64,000 nucleotides of DNA from Takakia lepidozioides (taxonomy: Eukaryota > Plantae > Bryophyta). The stretch covers positions 86,118,001-86,182,000 of the forward strand of contig CM060731.1 of the NCBI GenBank assembly GCA_030704615.1. Reading direction: 5' to 3'. The position numbers and the translations under genes were made by a program. Below, piece by piece: positions 24,401-37,139 of the stretch (within the stretch, counting starts at the first letter, position 1; every line of letters starts with the position of its first letter). The notes below the pieces were generated by a model. The model saw only the letters and a program-made list of their open reading frames with translations. It was not told the DNA's origin and made no database searches.

Positions 24401-25846
24401 GCGGGGGATTGGCCAAATGGCCGGCCCGATTGACAGCTATCCCTGCTCGAATTGCCAGTGGTTCTTTTCCTGGAATCACTGCAGATACTTTCAACGCAGA
24501 CACTGAACTGTGGCTTGAACGAGTGGGTTACTACAAGGAACATTTGGTTGGTCCACTGGCACAAGGGAGATATCGGAACATAATGGACATGAATGCCGGC
24601 CTTGGAGGCTTTGCTGCTTCTCTCGTCAAGGATCCTGTGTGGGTCATGAATGCGATGCCTCCTGAGTCCAAAGACAACACTCTGGGTGTCATTTACGAGC
24701 GGGGTCTTATTGGGACCTACCAGAACTGGTTCGTTTATTTCTTGCCACATGATGGTTTTGTACGGGTTGCAGATGGAATAGCAGTGGGAGAATGGACTGG
24801 CAGAAAGGAAACAGATCAGTAGAAAGAACCGGTGATTATCTTTTTAGCTGTTAGTTTGAACAATGAGATGCTGGAGGTCATCTTACTGTCGATTCTGATT
24901 GGCTCATAGTTTTATTCACCCTTGCCGCATTTGGACTCAGGCATTGTTCCGACGTTGCAACATCTGAGGCAAGTCTTTTAACTATTATAGGTCTCTCCCT
25001 TAAAGATACTAAGAATGGGTTCGTTTCCTGATTACACTCAGTCTGACAACCTCCTCTAGGGAGATTGTTATTAGTATTGCAATCTGTGAACAGGTCAACC
25101 TTGCTTTGTTCAGCCCCTCAAAGAAATCTCTCTGAAATGACTTTGACACGTGAAAATGCAAATCTGTCTGAAGGAGTACACATCGTTTCTGAAGTTGGTA
25201 AGCTACAATTCTCTTTCCTTGTGCACAGAGGGGCTCCTGTTTGGAAATGGATATAAATGTATCTGATATATGCTATTATTGGGAATCCTGACTTGGGGCA
25301 GGTGTGAGGCGTTCTCTACATATCCCAGGACTTACGACCTCATCCATGCAAATGGTATCTTCAGCATGTACCAGGACCGGTAAGTTTGCAATGGTTGATT
25401 CTACTGTAAGCAACTCAATGACAGAACTGTCGCTCTTCTTGAGATGGCTAACCCTCTATCTGTGCAGTTGTGTGGATTTGGAAAGTGAAGAACAAAGGAT
25501 GGAGGACTGTCTATCCAAGGAGATGTTTGTCTGAAAATTTAGGTTTTGACTTCGGCTTGTAGTCACAGCTCTAACATTGGTGGTGTGGCATTCATTGGAC
25601 AGGTGTGACATTGTGGATATCCTGCTGGAGATGGACCGAATCTTGCGGCCAGAAGGTGCTGTCCTTATCCGAGACGAAGTGGATGTGCTGAACAAGGTGA
25701 TGCTTATCACACAAGGCATGCGCTGGAAGACTCGCCTGGCAGACCACGAGAGTGGTCCTTTTAACCGCGAAAAGATTTTGGTTGGAGTAAAATCATACTG
25801 GGTTGGAAGCTATGCATCCTCAAACTCATCCGATATTACGATATAA
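21430..25846 (+). CDS. Probable Golgi SAM-dependent (pectin) methyltransferase, PMT family (Methyltransf_29), PMT15/17/18-like. Exons ~21430-22091, 22463-22673, 23340-23646, 24336-24728, 25302-25379, 25603-25846
   Basis: N-terminal TM anchor ([25 protein letters not shown]), [81 protein letters not shown]. All introns are GT-AG and frame-consistent. No ATG seen in the first exon identified. Confidence 0.93.
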
Positions 25847-25971
25847 CAGCACACCATTCTTCAATATATGGTGGATTTATTCGTTCCTTAGGAGGATCTC
25901 TGACATAAGTGAAGAGTTGTTTTGGTATCTTGCAAGCCATGCATTACAATGAAGCAACCAATGCATTCATC

Positions 25972-26708
25972 TTGAATGCATTGCGGGGCCCACAAATGGT
26001 GGGGCCCACAAAAAAGAGAGGGTCACCCCCACCCCACCCGGCCCCTGGGTCTGCGCGGAGGGTCTGCAGCATGGAGGGTCTCCTCATGCCCCACTTGGCA
26101 GACCCGCAGACCTGCCGGGGGCTCAGAATTTTGTGTGGCCTTGTCGTAATGAGGCTGGTCAGGTGATGGGGCCCACTGTCTCATTACCTTCATGCGCTGA
26201 GGACTTAGAATTTTTTTTGGCATATGAAATTTATAACTTCATACAGGTAGTTTTAGGATTTTCTACATGAAGGTAGTTGCAAAACCAAGCTGAACTATCT
26301 GCATGAGAGTAGCTACAAACTACCTCCATGGAGGTAGATATTGTCAGCGCCATCCACCGGAGCCGCGTTCAGGGAAATGGAACCCCAGACCTGCACTGCT
26401 TCACCACCATCGACCTAGTAGCTGTCGTTTTTTTCATATATAAGAGAAAGAGAGCAATAGGGGTCGATTTAATGTAGTGGGGCCCGCTGTCAGGCCATGT
26501 CCCCTCTGCGTGCGGCCTCATTAGGACGAGGCCACACAAAATTCAGAGGCGCCTCTCTTTTTAGATTAATAGCGCCTTGAATGCATCGCGGGGCCCACAC
26601 ATGGTGTGATAAAGAGAAGCAAAAAAGAGAATCACCCCACCCCGTGCACAGATGGTCTGCAGCATGGAGGGTCTCCTCATGCCCCACTTGGCAGACCCTC
26701 AGACCTGC
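25972..26708. repeat. Small non-autonomous repeat with a ~135-bp direct duplication (25972-26115 / 26577-26708)
   Basis: TTGAATGCAT.GCGGGGCCCAC...GGTCTGCAGCATGGAGGGTCTCCTCATGCCCCACTTGGCAGACCC occurs twice. Confidence 0.7.
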
Positions 26709-26844
26709 TAGAGGGCCTCTCTCCTTGGGCGCATACGCTAATCCATGTCAAAATATAGAATAAATCAATTAAAATTTGAAGGCTGGTGAGAAAGTGGCAT
26801 CGCGATTCCGCAATTCCGCTCATTGGAAAATAACCCCCATTTCA

Positions 26845-27095
26845 TGTAGTGAAGGGATTCGAAAGAAATGAAGAGGTAGAGAGAGACTTGCAGACATGAA
26901 GATTATTCATACTGTAGGGATGTTGTGATCATCAACAATCACGACTACTGCTCTGGTTTCCTGTAGTGAAGGGATGTGAAAGAAATGAGGAGACAGACAG
27001 AGACTTGCAGACAAGAAGGTTATTCGTACTGTAGGGGATGTCTTGATCGTCAACAATCACAACTACTACTCTGATTTCTTGTAGTGAAGGGATGT
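26845..27095. repeat. ~117-bp tandem repeat, ~2.1 copies
   Basis: TGTAGTGAAGGGAT starts at ~26845, 26962 and 27080, with shared AGACTTGCAGACA...TACTGTAGGG...TCAACAATCAC. Confidence 0.8.
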
Positions 27096-27997
27096 GTGGG
27101 GGCGCTAGGCCATCGAACTTTGAAAAACCCTCTTAAGGAAGAAGTGAGACTTGCAACAAACTTTGTCTTCTCTTCCGTCAAACCATTCTCTTCTTCAAAA
27201 GCAAAGTCCATTGTCACTTTAATTGCTACAGTCTCTGTCACAACATTCTCTTCTTCAAAAGAAATGTCTAATTCAATATTCGTTGCAACAAGCTCCTCTT
27301 GGTGTTGTTGCAATGTACCATGGTCTGAGGGTGTGTGCACTGCAGCTTCTTGTTGTTGTAGTAATGTACCATGGTCTGAGGGTGTGTGCAATGTAGCTTC
27401 TTATTGTGGACCTTCTTGTAGATTGTGACATTCATTTTGATAATTCTCTTGACACCACATTTGTATGCGTTGCTCCAACATATTCATTGCCTCTGCCTTC
27501 TTTCTTGAAAGACTACCAGCCACAGCCATTGATCAATCATAGAAATAAGCTACAATAAGCATCTACATGTACAATCAATCAAAGGGATGGGTACAGTTTG
27601 GTGAGAGAATTATTATGTAGCGTTGATTACGTGTCTAATCAACTTGAACACATCATCCAGAGCTTCTTCATCCTCATCAAGCTGCAAGTCTTCTTGGTCA
27701 TCGGAGTCATCGTCATAAATGGTCCAGCCCTCAAAAGGCACCTCCAAATCATCCTTCACCTTGTTTTCAATGGCCGTGTCTTCATCTTCTTCTCCAACAT
27801 CCGTATCTTCTGGAGCTCCATCATATAGGGTCCGGGATACATTCTCCGGGGCGTCATCATCATCTTCTACCCCCTCTACCCAACCTCCATCATCAGCATC
27901 ATTATGACCAGTCTCTCCCTCCACCGCAATTGCCTCACCCCATGGAGATCCGAGACCATGATAGATACGTCTTCCTCTTGGCTGAGCATGCACAACC

Positions 27998-28706
27998 TGT
28001 CGCGACCCTTTGCCTTGAAGGCAGGGGGTCGGGACACAAGAGGGGCTGCCCCTGTGGTGGGGGCAGTGGGAACAATAGGTACGGGGGCTGAAGCACCCTT
28101 GAGTGCCCAAGGCACTCAAGGAGGCGGAGGCGCTCACTAGGTGGAGCCCCGCACGGTGGGTCCACGAGGAGTGGTGGTAGCTTAGTGGGTCTTAGTGGGG
28201 GTGGCATAGGACTCACCATGGGGCGGAGACCTTGTGGTAGGAGTCGTGGGGAGTCTTGGGACTCATCACGGTCCATTGGGGCCGTGGTGGGTGGGCCAAG
28301 ACTCACCGCGACTCATCACCGAGAGTCGAGGGTTTTCGTGGTGGTTCGCCATAAAATGACTGGGTTGTTTGTGAAACCCCCCCGGACAGTCACAGAAGTA
28401 TATATAGGGAGTAGTAACCCCGAGAACGGTGCAAGCCTATTGGTGACCAAAACCTAGTGAGTAAGCGTGCGAGCCAGAAAGTGACGAAGGTGTGGGGAGC
28501 TATTCCGGACTGCCATCGACCAAAGGGAATTTCCACTTGGCCCAAATTGAGAGAGGGTCTCGCGGAGGAGTAAAGGGGGACCATTATGTCCCGGTGAGCA
28601 GCCGAAGCTCCGAGTTGGCCCGGCGGTCAGTTTGGGAATTAGGGGCGCGCATCAAAGCAAGTAACTATGACTTGAAGGGGAGCTTACCGAAGTGAGGTGC
28701 GCGACA
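27998..28706 (+). mobile_element. 5' LTR of chromovirus-type Ty3/gypsy family B (709 bp)
   Basis: TGTCGCG...CGCGACA termini, followed by a PBS; homologous LTRs at 44656-45374 and 60716-61200. Confidence 0.92.
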
Positions 28707-28708
28707 CT

Positions 28709-28720
28709 TGGTATCAGAGC
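28709..28720 (+). promoter_or_regulatory. Primer binding site (tRNA-iMet)
   Basis: TGGTATCAGAGC, 2 nt after the LTR end. Confidence 0.92.
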
Positions 28721-28761
28721 TTAGAGTTCAGTACGCGATCGTCCTTGAGATCGGCCTCATC

Positions 28762-31393
28762 ATGGGGTCGGGCAAGCCCAAGCAAAAGCGGAACGGCCCG
28801 AAAGATGATGATCCTGGTGAGCCCGGTGGAGGCGACATGTCACCGAAGCGGCAATTTGAGGAAGCGATTCATGCTTTTGAAAGCGAGGCCGCTCAAGAAC
28901 GGGAGGGTCAGAGCCCGAGGACTTCCCGGAGGCTCCGGCAGACCAACAGATGTCTCCCATGCCAACAGCCTTTTGGGAAGGGTTGTTGGCGCAGTTTGGC
29001 GGGACGTTGAAAGACGTGTTGAAGGCGGCAAATGCCACTTCCACTAAGGCAAAGTTTAAGGTGAAGCCTAAGAAACCCGACACCTTCGAGGGCGTCCAAA
29101 ATCATAAGGCACTCAACACCTGGCTCTTGGACCTAGAGCAGTACTTCCGGGCGGCCAAGTTGAGTGACGAGGATCGAGTGGAAGTGGCTCCCACATATTT
29201 GAGGGGCTATGCTCAACAATGGTGGAAGAAACGCCTTCACGACCAAGGTCCAATCCCAGAAACCTTGAGCTGGAGTGGGTTCAAGGAACTTATGAAAAGA
29301 CAGTTTGTGCCCCTCAACGCGTCCTGGCTCGCCCGGGACAAGATGAGGAATTTGAAGCAAACGGATGATATTCGGGGATATGTTCAGGCTTTCAATGTGT
29401 TGTTTTTCGAAGTCGCGGACATGGCAGAACCAGAAATGGTCTTCAACTTTGTGGCAGGACTGGCCCCATGGGCCAGGCGGAAGTTGGAGGAGAAGCCACC
29501 TAAGACTTTGAACGAGGCAATTGAAAGGGCTGAATGTTTCTCGGATGTCCCTAGGGGTGAAAGACAAGGCCGTACGGAGCTGAACCACAAGAAGACTCGG
29601 CGGGAGGGTGACTCCTTCCGAACGGAAAAAAAGTGGGATAGGCCACGCGGCGACAATGGCACATGGAAATCAAAGGGAGGGCCTTCACATGTCAAGGCGG
29701 CACCCGGTGCTTCGAAAGGAAAATCAGGTGCGACGGCTTATAGCGGACAGAAGGCGACCTTTGATGGAGTGTGCTTTTATTGCGGGGAGCCCGGGCACAT
29801 GGCTAAGAAGTGCGCAAAGCCCCATCAATTGAACATGACTCGGGCGGCCACGGAGCTGTCCGAAGATTCCATCAGCCGTTTGGTGGAAGCGGTGGTAGCC
29901 AAGACTTGCAAGGTAGGCAACTACTCTTGTGAGTTGTATCAAGAGACTGGCCCCTTGTGTAAAGGGAGTCAGTTAATGTTCATGAGTGGGATAATTTCTG
30001 GAACTAACGTGTCGTTGTTGGTGGACACAGGAGCGTCACACTCCTTCATGACACCGGCAACGGCACGGATGCTAGGGCTCCCGACAAGTGATATGGGGGC
30101 CTCCATTTAAGTGCGTTCTGCCAAAGGAGAACCACAATTGGCAACGAGGGTTGGCGTTCAATGTTCCTCTTCAGCTCGGGAATTGGGAGGGACGTGAGAA
30201 CTTCACCATTTGCGAGATCGATGGAGTGGATCTCATTTTGGGGATGACCTTTTTGAGCAAATCCGGAGCAGACATAGATGGCCGCAAGAGAATTGTCACG
30301 CTACCGTATGGGAATGGTGGTGAAGTTTTACGAATGTCAGAAACGCCCAACCCAGTGGGAGGGCAAATAAACCTGCTATCAGCAAAGGAGTGGGCCGTGG
30401 AAGAGCCACACGAGCCCCAATTTTTGCTTTACGTAAGACAAGTGGAGGGAGAAGGCGATAGGGAGCCGAGCCCAGATTGGATCAAAGGGATGTTGGAGAA
30501 ATACCAGGACGTGATGCCGGAGGATTTACCAAGCGGCTTGCCACCGCGAAGAGGAGTTGACCACAAGATTGAGGTGATGTCGGGATCGGAGCCGTCTGCC
30601 AAGGCGCCCTACCGGTTGAGCCACAGAGAGTTGGTCGAGCTGAAGGCTCAGATCAAGGATCTAATGTCAAAGGGGTACATCCGGCCGAGTAAGTCACCCT
30701 ACGGAGCCCCGGTGCTATTTGCAGACAAGAAGGATAGGACGTTGCGGATGTGTGTCGATTACAGGGCTCTAAATAAGGTGACTATCAAAAACCGGTACCC
30801 TTTGCCAAGGATCGACGACCTCTTCGATCGGTTGGCAGGAGCGAAGTATTTCAGCCGGATTGATTTGCGCTCCGACTACCATCTAATCTGAGTGGCGGAA
30901 GGAGATAAGGAGAAGACCGCGTGCAGGACAAGATATGGTTCATATGAGTTCTTGGTGATGCCTTTTGGGCTCACCAAAGCACCTGCGACCTTTAGCACGC
31001 TAATGAACAGCCTTTTCCATGAGTGGTTGGATGACTTTGTGATCGTGTACATCGACGACATCTTGATGTACTCGAAAACAGAGGAAGAGCATCTGGAGCA
31101 CCTCAAAAAGGTGTTCCAGAAATTGCGGGAAGGGAAGCTGTATGCCAAGGCTTCAAAGTGCGAATTCAGGGTCACAAAAGTGGAGTTCCTAGGGCATGTG
31201 ATTACACAGGATAGGATCAAAATGGATGACAGAAAGGTGAGGGCGATCTTGGACTAGGAGCCTCCGACCTTGGTCTTGGGAGTGCGATCCTTCCTAGGAC
31301 TCGCCTCCTATTACCGAAAGTATGTGAGAAATTTCGCCAAGATCGCGGGGCCGCTGTCAGACCTTCTGTGTAAGTCCAAGGTATGGGTATGGA
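28762..31393 (+). pseudogene. Family B gag-pol (gag, CCHC knuckle, protease, RT), truncated at the start of RNase H
   Basis: [61 protein letters not shown]; frameshifts and stops; no integrase or 3' LTR. Confidence 0.93.
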
Positions 31394-31480
31394 GGGGGGT
31401 GTTATTCCGTGAGCCCGGAGGCGTGAACCTGTGAGCCCAGGAAACCGTGAGCCCAGCACAGGCTCACGCCACGTCAGCAT
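31394..31480 (+). mobile_element. Putative DNA-transposon terminus with (C/T)GTGAGCCC subterminal repeats
   Basis: GGGGGGTGTTATTCCGTGAGCCC...CTGTGAGCCCAGGAAACCGTGAGCCC begins exactly where gypsy pol stops; resembles the reverse complement of 53100-53161. Confidence 0.4.
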
Positions 31481-31649
31481 GCATACAGGGCCTATTTCCG
31501 CGGGTGTCACCTATTACCGCGGGTTGATCAGCCATTTCCAGGGAATGCAGACTGGATGTGTTACATCCATTGTATCCATCCTTTCTATCCATTGCATCCA
31601 TATAGACGTTATCAACATACCAAGCCCATGCATTGGAATGTGGGTACGT

Positions 31650-31860
31650 CGTGAGGAGGTGCACACTGACATCATCCAAAGCGGATCCCTGCGAAATCTC
31701 TTCTTACTAACCACCCTTGCAAACATGCCAGGTATGTGCGGGAGCATCATGGATGCTCACCAGAATTGAGAATGCCTATCACGTGGACTTCACCGTGATG
31801 GATTTACCAAGCATTCTTCTAGCAGGAATGGTTTGGAGACCGACGAGCAAATGATGCGAG
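31650..31860 (+). pseudogene. Displaced PPR N-terminal fragment
   Basis: EVHTDIIQSG...LLTTLANM..MCGSIMDAHQ, ETDEQMMRE; similar to 13580-13800. Confidence 0.7.
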
Positions 31861-32488
31861 AATGCTCTACACGAACCAAAGTCGTTTGTTTGTTTTTGCA
31901 ATGCACTCAAGCCTGTGAGCTCCGCAAAACACTAAATAGATTGAAGGAACAATCCGGGCAGTCCATGCAACCCCCATCTCCAACGATAGTTTGTTCCCAT
32001 GAATTTGCATCCCACGCACACATTGCAAACAGGACAACAAGGACACACAACCATCCCATTTCAAAATTGGCCCCGAATAAAAGCAAAAAAAAACTTCATA
32101 TCAAATGTCACAGTCATCAGAATCAGTCTCGACCTCCTGTGCTGTGTCATCCACAAAGATTCTGGTCCCAACACCACGTCTTCTACCACGGCCGTCGATG
32201 GGTGGACTGCGAGTGCCATGAACGGACATGCTTGCGGCGAGTGCCTCCGCATAGACAGGTAGCATGTAAGACCGAGGAGGACTTGAAAGAAGTCCAAATA
32301 GGTGTGATAGCCCTGGAGGGTCAGTGAAAGCACGCGGACTCCTGCACAAGTCGTCAAAAACCCATTTTGAACACAATGATGCAATGCACAAGTCCAACGA
32401 AGAGGATGTCTCCCATGTGCACTTTGCCTTAAGAACAATGATTCTGGATATTGAAACAACAATGCAAGCATCCACAGGTTGGACTTAC

Positions 32489-35400
32489 TCACAGGCAAAA
32501 ATCGGAGTCCAGCTCCTTGTCGGAAGTCTCCCTTGTATCAATATCACCGGGAAAGGGCTTCGGAAGGACTTGAGAAGTGTGTCCACCCAAACCCATCAGG
32601 AGGTTCTTGTAAATCTCGGCATCCCCTTCAATCCCAAAGAGATGTCGCGCACTGGCCTTGCAAACGTGGTACGAAGCACCTGCAGTGGAATAGAATGAAG
32701 GAAACAGGCATTGAAGACACATTGGAACGGTGGGAAGTGCTGAAAGTGCAAGCTCAAACAAACCTCATGAAATGTGAATGTTGAAGAGACGAACCTGTGC
32801 CCATTGACAAATCCAGAACTTTGGCGTCTGTGTAGGTGCAGCACTCCACAATCGTTTGAATGAAAGCTGGGCTCCTCTCCCTCGCCCCTCTCCAAGGAAC
32901 CCCATTCCCCGTTTGCAAGCACACGTTGTTGTCGACGTAGTTGTGGTGCATGTCATCCGTGGGAGGATCTGTCCTCTCGTCTATGAACTTGCCCCCATGA
33001 GTGATGGCGAACTCCCTAATGACGGTCGGAGTCGTAGGTGGATGCACTCGGACGAGACAAACAGCTTCAAACAAACGAGTCTACGAACAGGACATCCACA
33101 AGGAACTAAGAAGTTTCTAAACCAGGCCCCTACATATGAGTTTGAGCGACCTATGCAACTCCATCCGAGAACCACCAAGAAGAGGAACAAGAAGGCAGAT
33201 TTACCATCTCTCCCGGACAATCCCCCTTCGTCAGGTACATGTTGTTCACACAATTCCATGTCTTCACGACCCTCATACCGGAGGCTTTCAAATAGCTGGC
33301 AAGTGCACGGCGACAGCGAAGGTCAATGGACTGGATGAACACCAAAACACCTTCATCGGACAGAAAGAAATTGCAAAAGGAGAAAACCCACCGCCAGTAG
33401 TGCTCATCAAAAGCATTACAACCTGGACAAGCACCTGATGGAGGGACATCCGGGACTGGCAACCCATCAGGGATGTCCAAGATGATGAGTTCGGCTGCAT
33501 ATGGCTTCTTCTTCCCATTCACCCAGGATTTGGTCATTTTAGCCTGCAAACTAGAATACAATGGAATGCTCAAGAAGATTGAAACGATCCATGCCCACAA
33601 CAGACAAGAAGCAAAAGACAACACGCACCGTGCCGAGGAACTCCACAATCCTCTCCCACACTGGTGATGGCTCGCCCTTGTAATCAGATTTCTTGGACTC
33701 CATCATGGCAATGAACCCTACGTTGGCCATCTCCAACCTGGTAGGGCGAATGACCCTCGTGGGATGTTCCACTGCATGGTACGGGTCCTTGGGATCAACC
33801 ACCCCCTTGTTCTTTCTCCCGGATCCCCTACCATGCGGTGGAGTCTGCTGGACATGCACCATAAGGCCAGTATCTGTAACACTTCCCTGCCCACCTACCT
33901 GCCCTTGTGCCCCCTTCTCCCTACCCCTTCCTTTCCCCACACCACCAGCAACATCCTTTCCCTTTGCCTTTCTACCTCTACCCGGGGTATCCTGAGCGGG
34001 AGGCTTCTTCTCTGCAAGAGTCCTCAAATTTCTATCATGAATGTCGAGGTCGGTTGCTGCGGCGGTGGCTGCTATATGCTCATTCTATCTCCTCAAAGAC
34101 ACCTCCTCAGCTGGGGTCTCAGAAGGAGGGCAATCCAAATACCAACCACAAGCAGAAAGATGGTTTGGGCCCCAGTCATGCAAGATCCCAGTAGTAAACA
34201 TGGTCTGGTTGCCAGCAGGGACAAGCCAAAGGTCCACGAAATCAGGATGTTTGTCCAAGCAGTTCTCTTCCATGAGAACAAACTTTATGTACCTGCAGGA
34301 ACAGAGACAACCTCATTATGCAATGCAATTATTGTCTCTCAGCTTTTCCACCACACCAGCAAGACCCCCTAAAACAGTATGCGGCACAGTACATTGCAAC
34401 CACCACACACAAAGTAGCCTGAAGGGCCCAGGGTGTGCACCTTGGTGTTACTACACAGGGATAGAACAAATGAGAGTGCGGCACCGCAAACTCATATGAG
34501 ACAGCCCAAAACAGGTTGGATGGAGGAAAGTGTGTATTTGCAAAACAAAGAAACACAGTCCATTTCGCACCTGTAAATGCATCATTTCCAGGCTTCCTCT
34601 CCTTTCTCTTGCTGGTCAAGCTCATTTGTTCGACTGATGCCACCCTCCTTGCTGAACTCTCTGAAGAAACAAGATTGCCACACTGTGGCTCTCCATTTCC
34701 TCATGTATGCTTGGAAGGAGACCTTCGGTGCTGTCATGGTGATGCCATAGTCAGCCAGCTGAGTATGTAGAACCGACCGGGCCCTTTCCTCCAACTGCAA
34801 AACAATTCAAATGCAAGAATGAACCAAAAAATAATCACAGCCAATGTAACAGCCAATGGAAAGAGAAGGACAGAAAAAGCGAAAAGAAAGTGACACAGGA
34901 AAGGACATCATATCTAGCTCTAGTAAGTGGCCTTGTGAAGCCATGTGTCCAGCACATTGTCACTGACAGGAATGACACGCTGGGTCTTCTTCTCTTTCTC
35001 CGGCCTGGGGAACATGTGGGTATCCCTAACAGTGGGATCGGAGTTCCATATCTGTAGCCACTTCACCTTCTGTTCTGAAGACACAACGGCGGTAGACAAC
35101 CTGTGTAACTTCTCCTGGGCCATCTCTGGCTTGTCTGGCTTGTTGTAATGGTTTTTCACCTCCAGAAGAAACTGCGATCCGAATGATGGGTCGGCAATTC
35201 TCAACTGCTTAACAAAAGCACTCATAATAGTCCTTCTCGTGGCGGTCATCTCTTTCTTGATGTGACTCTCAACCCCCTTTGCTGTCCTTCTCTCCTCAGG
35301 GGTAGAGCTGTAGTATTCCAGTTTGTCACGCTCTCCTGCATCTGCAATGTCTTGCTGCAAGGGAATGCACGAGAGTTGAATCAACCCAAGGGCAAGGGAA

Positions 35401-36347
35401 CAAACAGAAACAAACATGTGGAAGCAGAAATATCGAAAGGTCAGATGATGGAAGATGTATCTCACCGCGTACATATACTCCATGAAAGCCTCACGGGTCA
35501 ACGAGTACCACGTTTCTGATGTCTTGGAGCTTTCACACTTCTTGTACGTCTCTGCTGAAAGGATGGTCTTGAAGTTGGTCAAGGGCATCTGCCCGATCCT
35601 TTGTATACTGTACAGTGTGTGAACCGGACTCGTTTTGACATGCGATGTCTCCGTCCCTCTACAGAATGATATGTGAAAGTCAGAATGAAAATGAAGAACC
35701 GTCAACAGAGGACTGGAACAAAAGAACCACGGAACCACAACTGGAACATGTAGAATGAGAAACCAACCTGTTCACATCATTCATTGCCGTCAGAAGACCC
35801 ATCATGTTCCCGTCACAATCCAGCACCATCGATTGAACAGAGTAATGTCACTCTTCCTCATGTGAGTGCAGCCTCCTAATGACAGCCATCCATGCAAGCA
35901 ACCGGTGGTTGCCATCCCATACCTGAAACATCTTCCTTGAGAATGCCTGGGTCGAAGGTTTCCTGGAGAGAAGAAGTTCGAAGGATTCGTTCACCTGTCT
36001 CCAAATGGGATCCCAGAAGTCCACGATTGACTCATCCTCAAGGAGCTCATTGCCTCTGGAATCCTTTGTAGAAACGTAAAAGACTGCAGATCCATCCAAA
36101 TACCCATGGCCTCCAGCTTCAGGATGTCCTTGATGAGGGGTGGACGAACGACGGGCATGGAAACCAACCTACACAAGGGGATCTTCAACCTCCCACCCGG
36201 GGCAAGCATACTTTGCACCACAAGCTGAGAGTTTACCTTCTGACCCCCCAGCATCTCAGCGGCTTTGCTTTCATAGAACTCATCGTCCACATCAGCAATG
36301 ATCTCCTTCCCCTCCCCCGAAGGGTTCTCATCCGCCACCATTTGCAT
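32489..36347 (-). pseudogene. Multi-exon gene: N-terminal ParB/Sulfiredoxin-like domain fused to a C-terminal beta-class N4-cytosine/N6-adenine DNA methyltransferase
   Basis: N-term IPLCRL...VVRP and FQVWDGNHRLLAW. C-term in beta order: catalytic-like ELIILDIPDG, FLSDEGVLVF, then ERSPAFIQTIVECCTYTDAKVLDLSMGT|GASYHVCKASARHLFGIEGDAEIY. GT-AG introns include 35659-35767, 35355-35465 and 32680-32794. Several stops and a frameshift. Confidence 0.8.
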
Positions 36348-36419
36348 CTTCTCCTACACGGTTGTTCATTCAAACTGATATAAGAGAGAGGCAAGAACAG
36401 ATGGTGTTTTCAGCATGGC

Positions 36420-37095
36420 AGGTAGGCCCGATGTGGCCCAATTTCACATGAGAAAACAAGCATTGTGCGGGCCAAAAACAGTGTGCATTGCCGCACACTG
36501 TTTGAGCTTCCAATAATGGGTGATTTGAACATGGCACACTGGCCATGAGTGGTCTATTTTCAAATCTAAAATCAGGCAGAGAGTGGGGAACAGACAGTGT
36601 GCGCTTCCAAATAGGGGTGTTTTCAACATGACATTAGGCCCTATGTGGCACATTTCCACATGAAAAAAACATGCAGAGAGGGGGCCACACATTGTTCATT
36701 CTTCTAACTATGAGTGTTTTGAGCATCCATATTGGCCGTGTTTCGCCAAATTTCACATCAAAAAACAAGCAGAGATGGGGCCCAAAACATTTGAGTTTCC
36801 AATAAGGGGTGGTTTGAACATGGCATAGTGGCCCTATTCTGACGATTTTCAAATCAAAAAACAGGCAGTGAAGGGGGCACAAACAGTGGCCCCTGTGTGC
36901 ACGATTTCCACATGAAAAAAACAATGACAAGGGGGGCTCAAAGAGTGTGCGTTGCCGCACACTGTTTGAGCTTCCAAATAGGGGTGGAATGAACCTTACA
37001 GAGAGGCCCATGTGTGCACGATTTCCACATGAAAAAAACAATGACAAGGGGGGCTCAAACAGTGTGCGTCAACGCACACTCTTTGAGCTGCCACG
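36420..37095. repeat. Degenerate ~120-bp tandem repeats upstream of the ParB-MTase gene
   Basis: ATTTCCACATGAAAAAAAC... and TTTGAGCTTCCAA.TA.GGG recur 5-6 times; 36893-36975 and 37012-37090 are near-identical. Confidence 0.75.
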
Positions 37096-37139
37096 TAAGT
37101 GTGGATTGAGCCTGACAGAGATGCCATTTGAGGCCGTTG

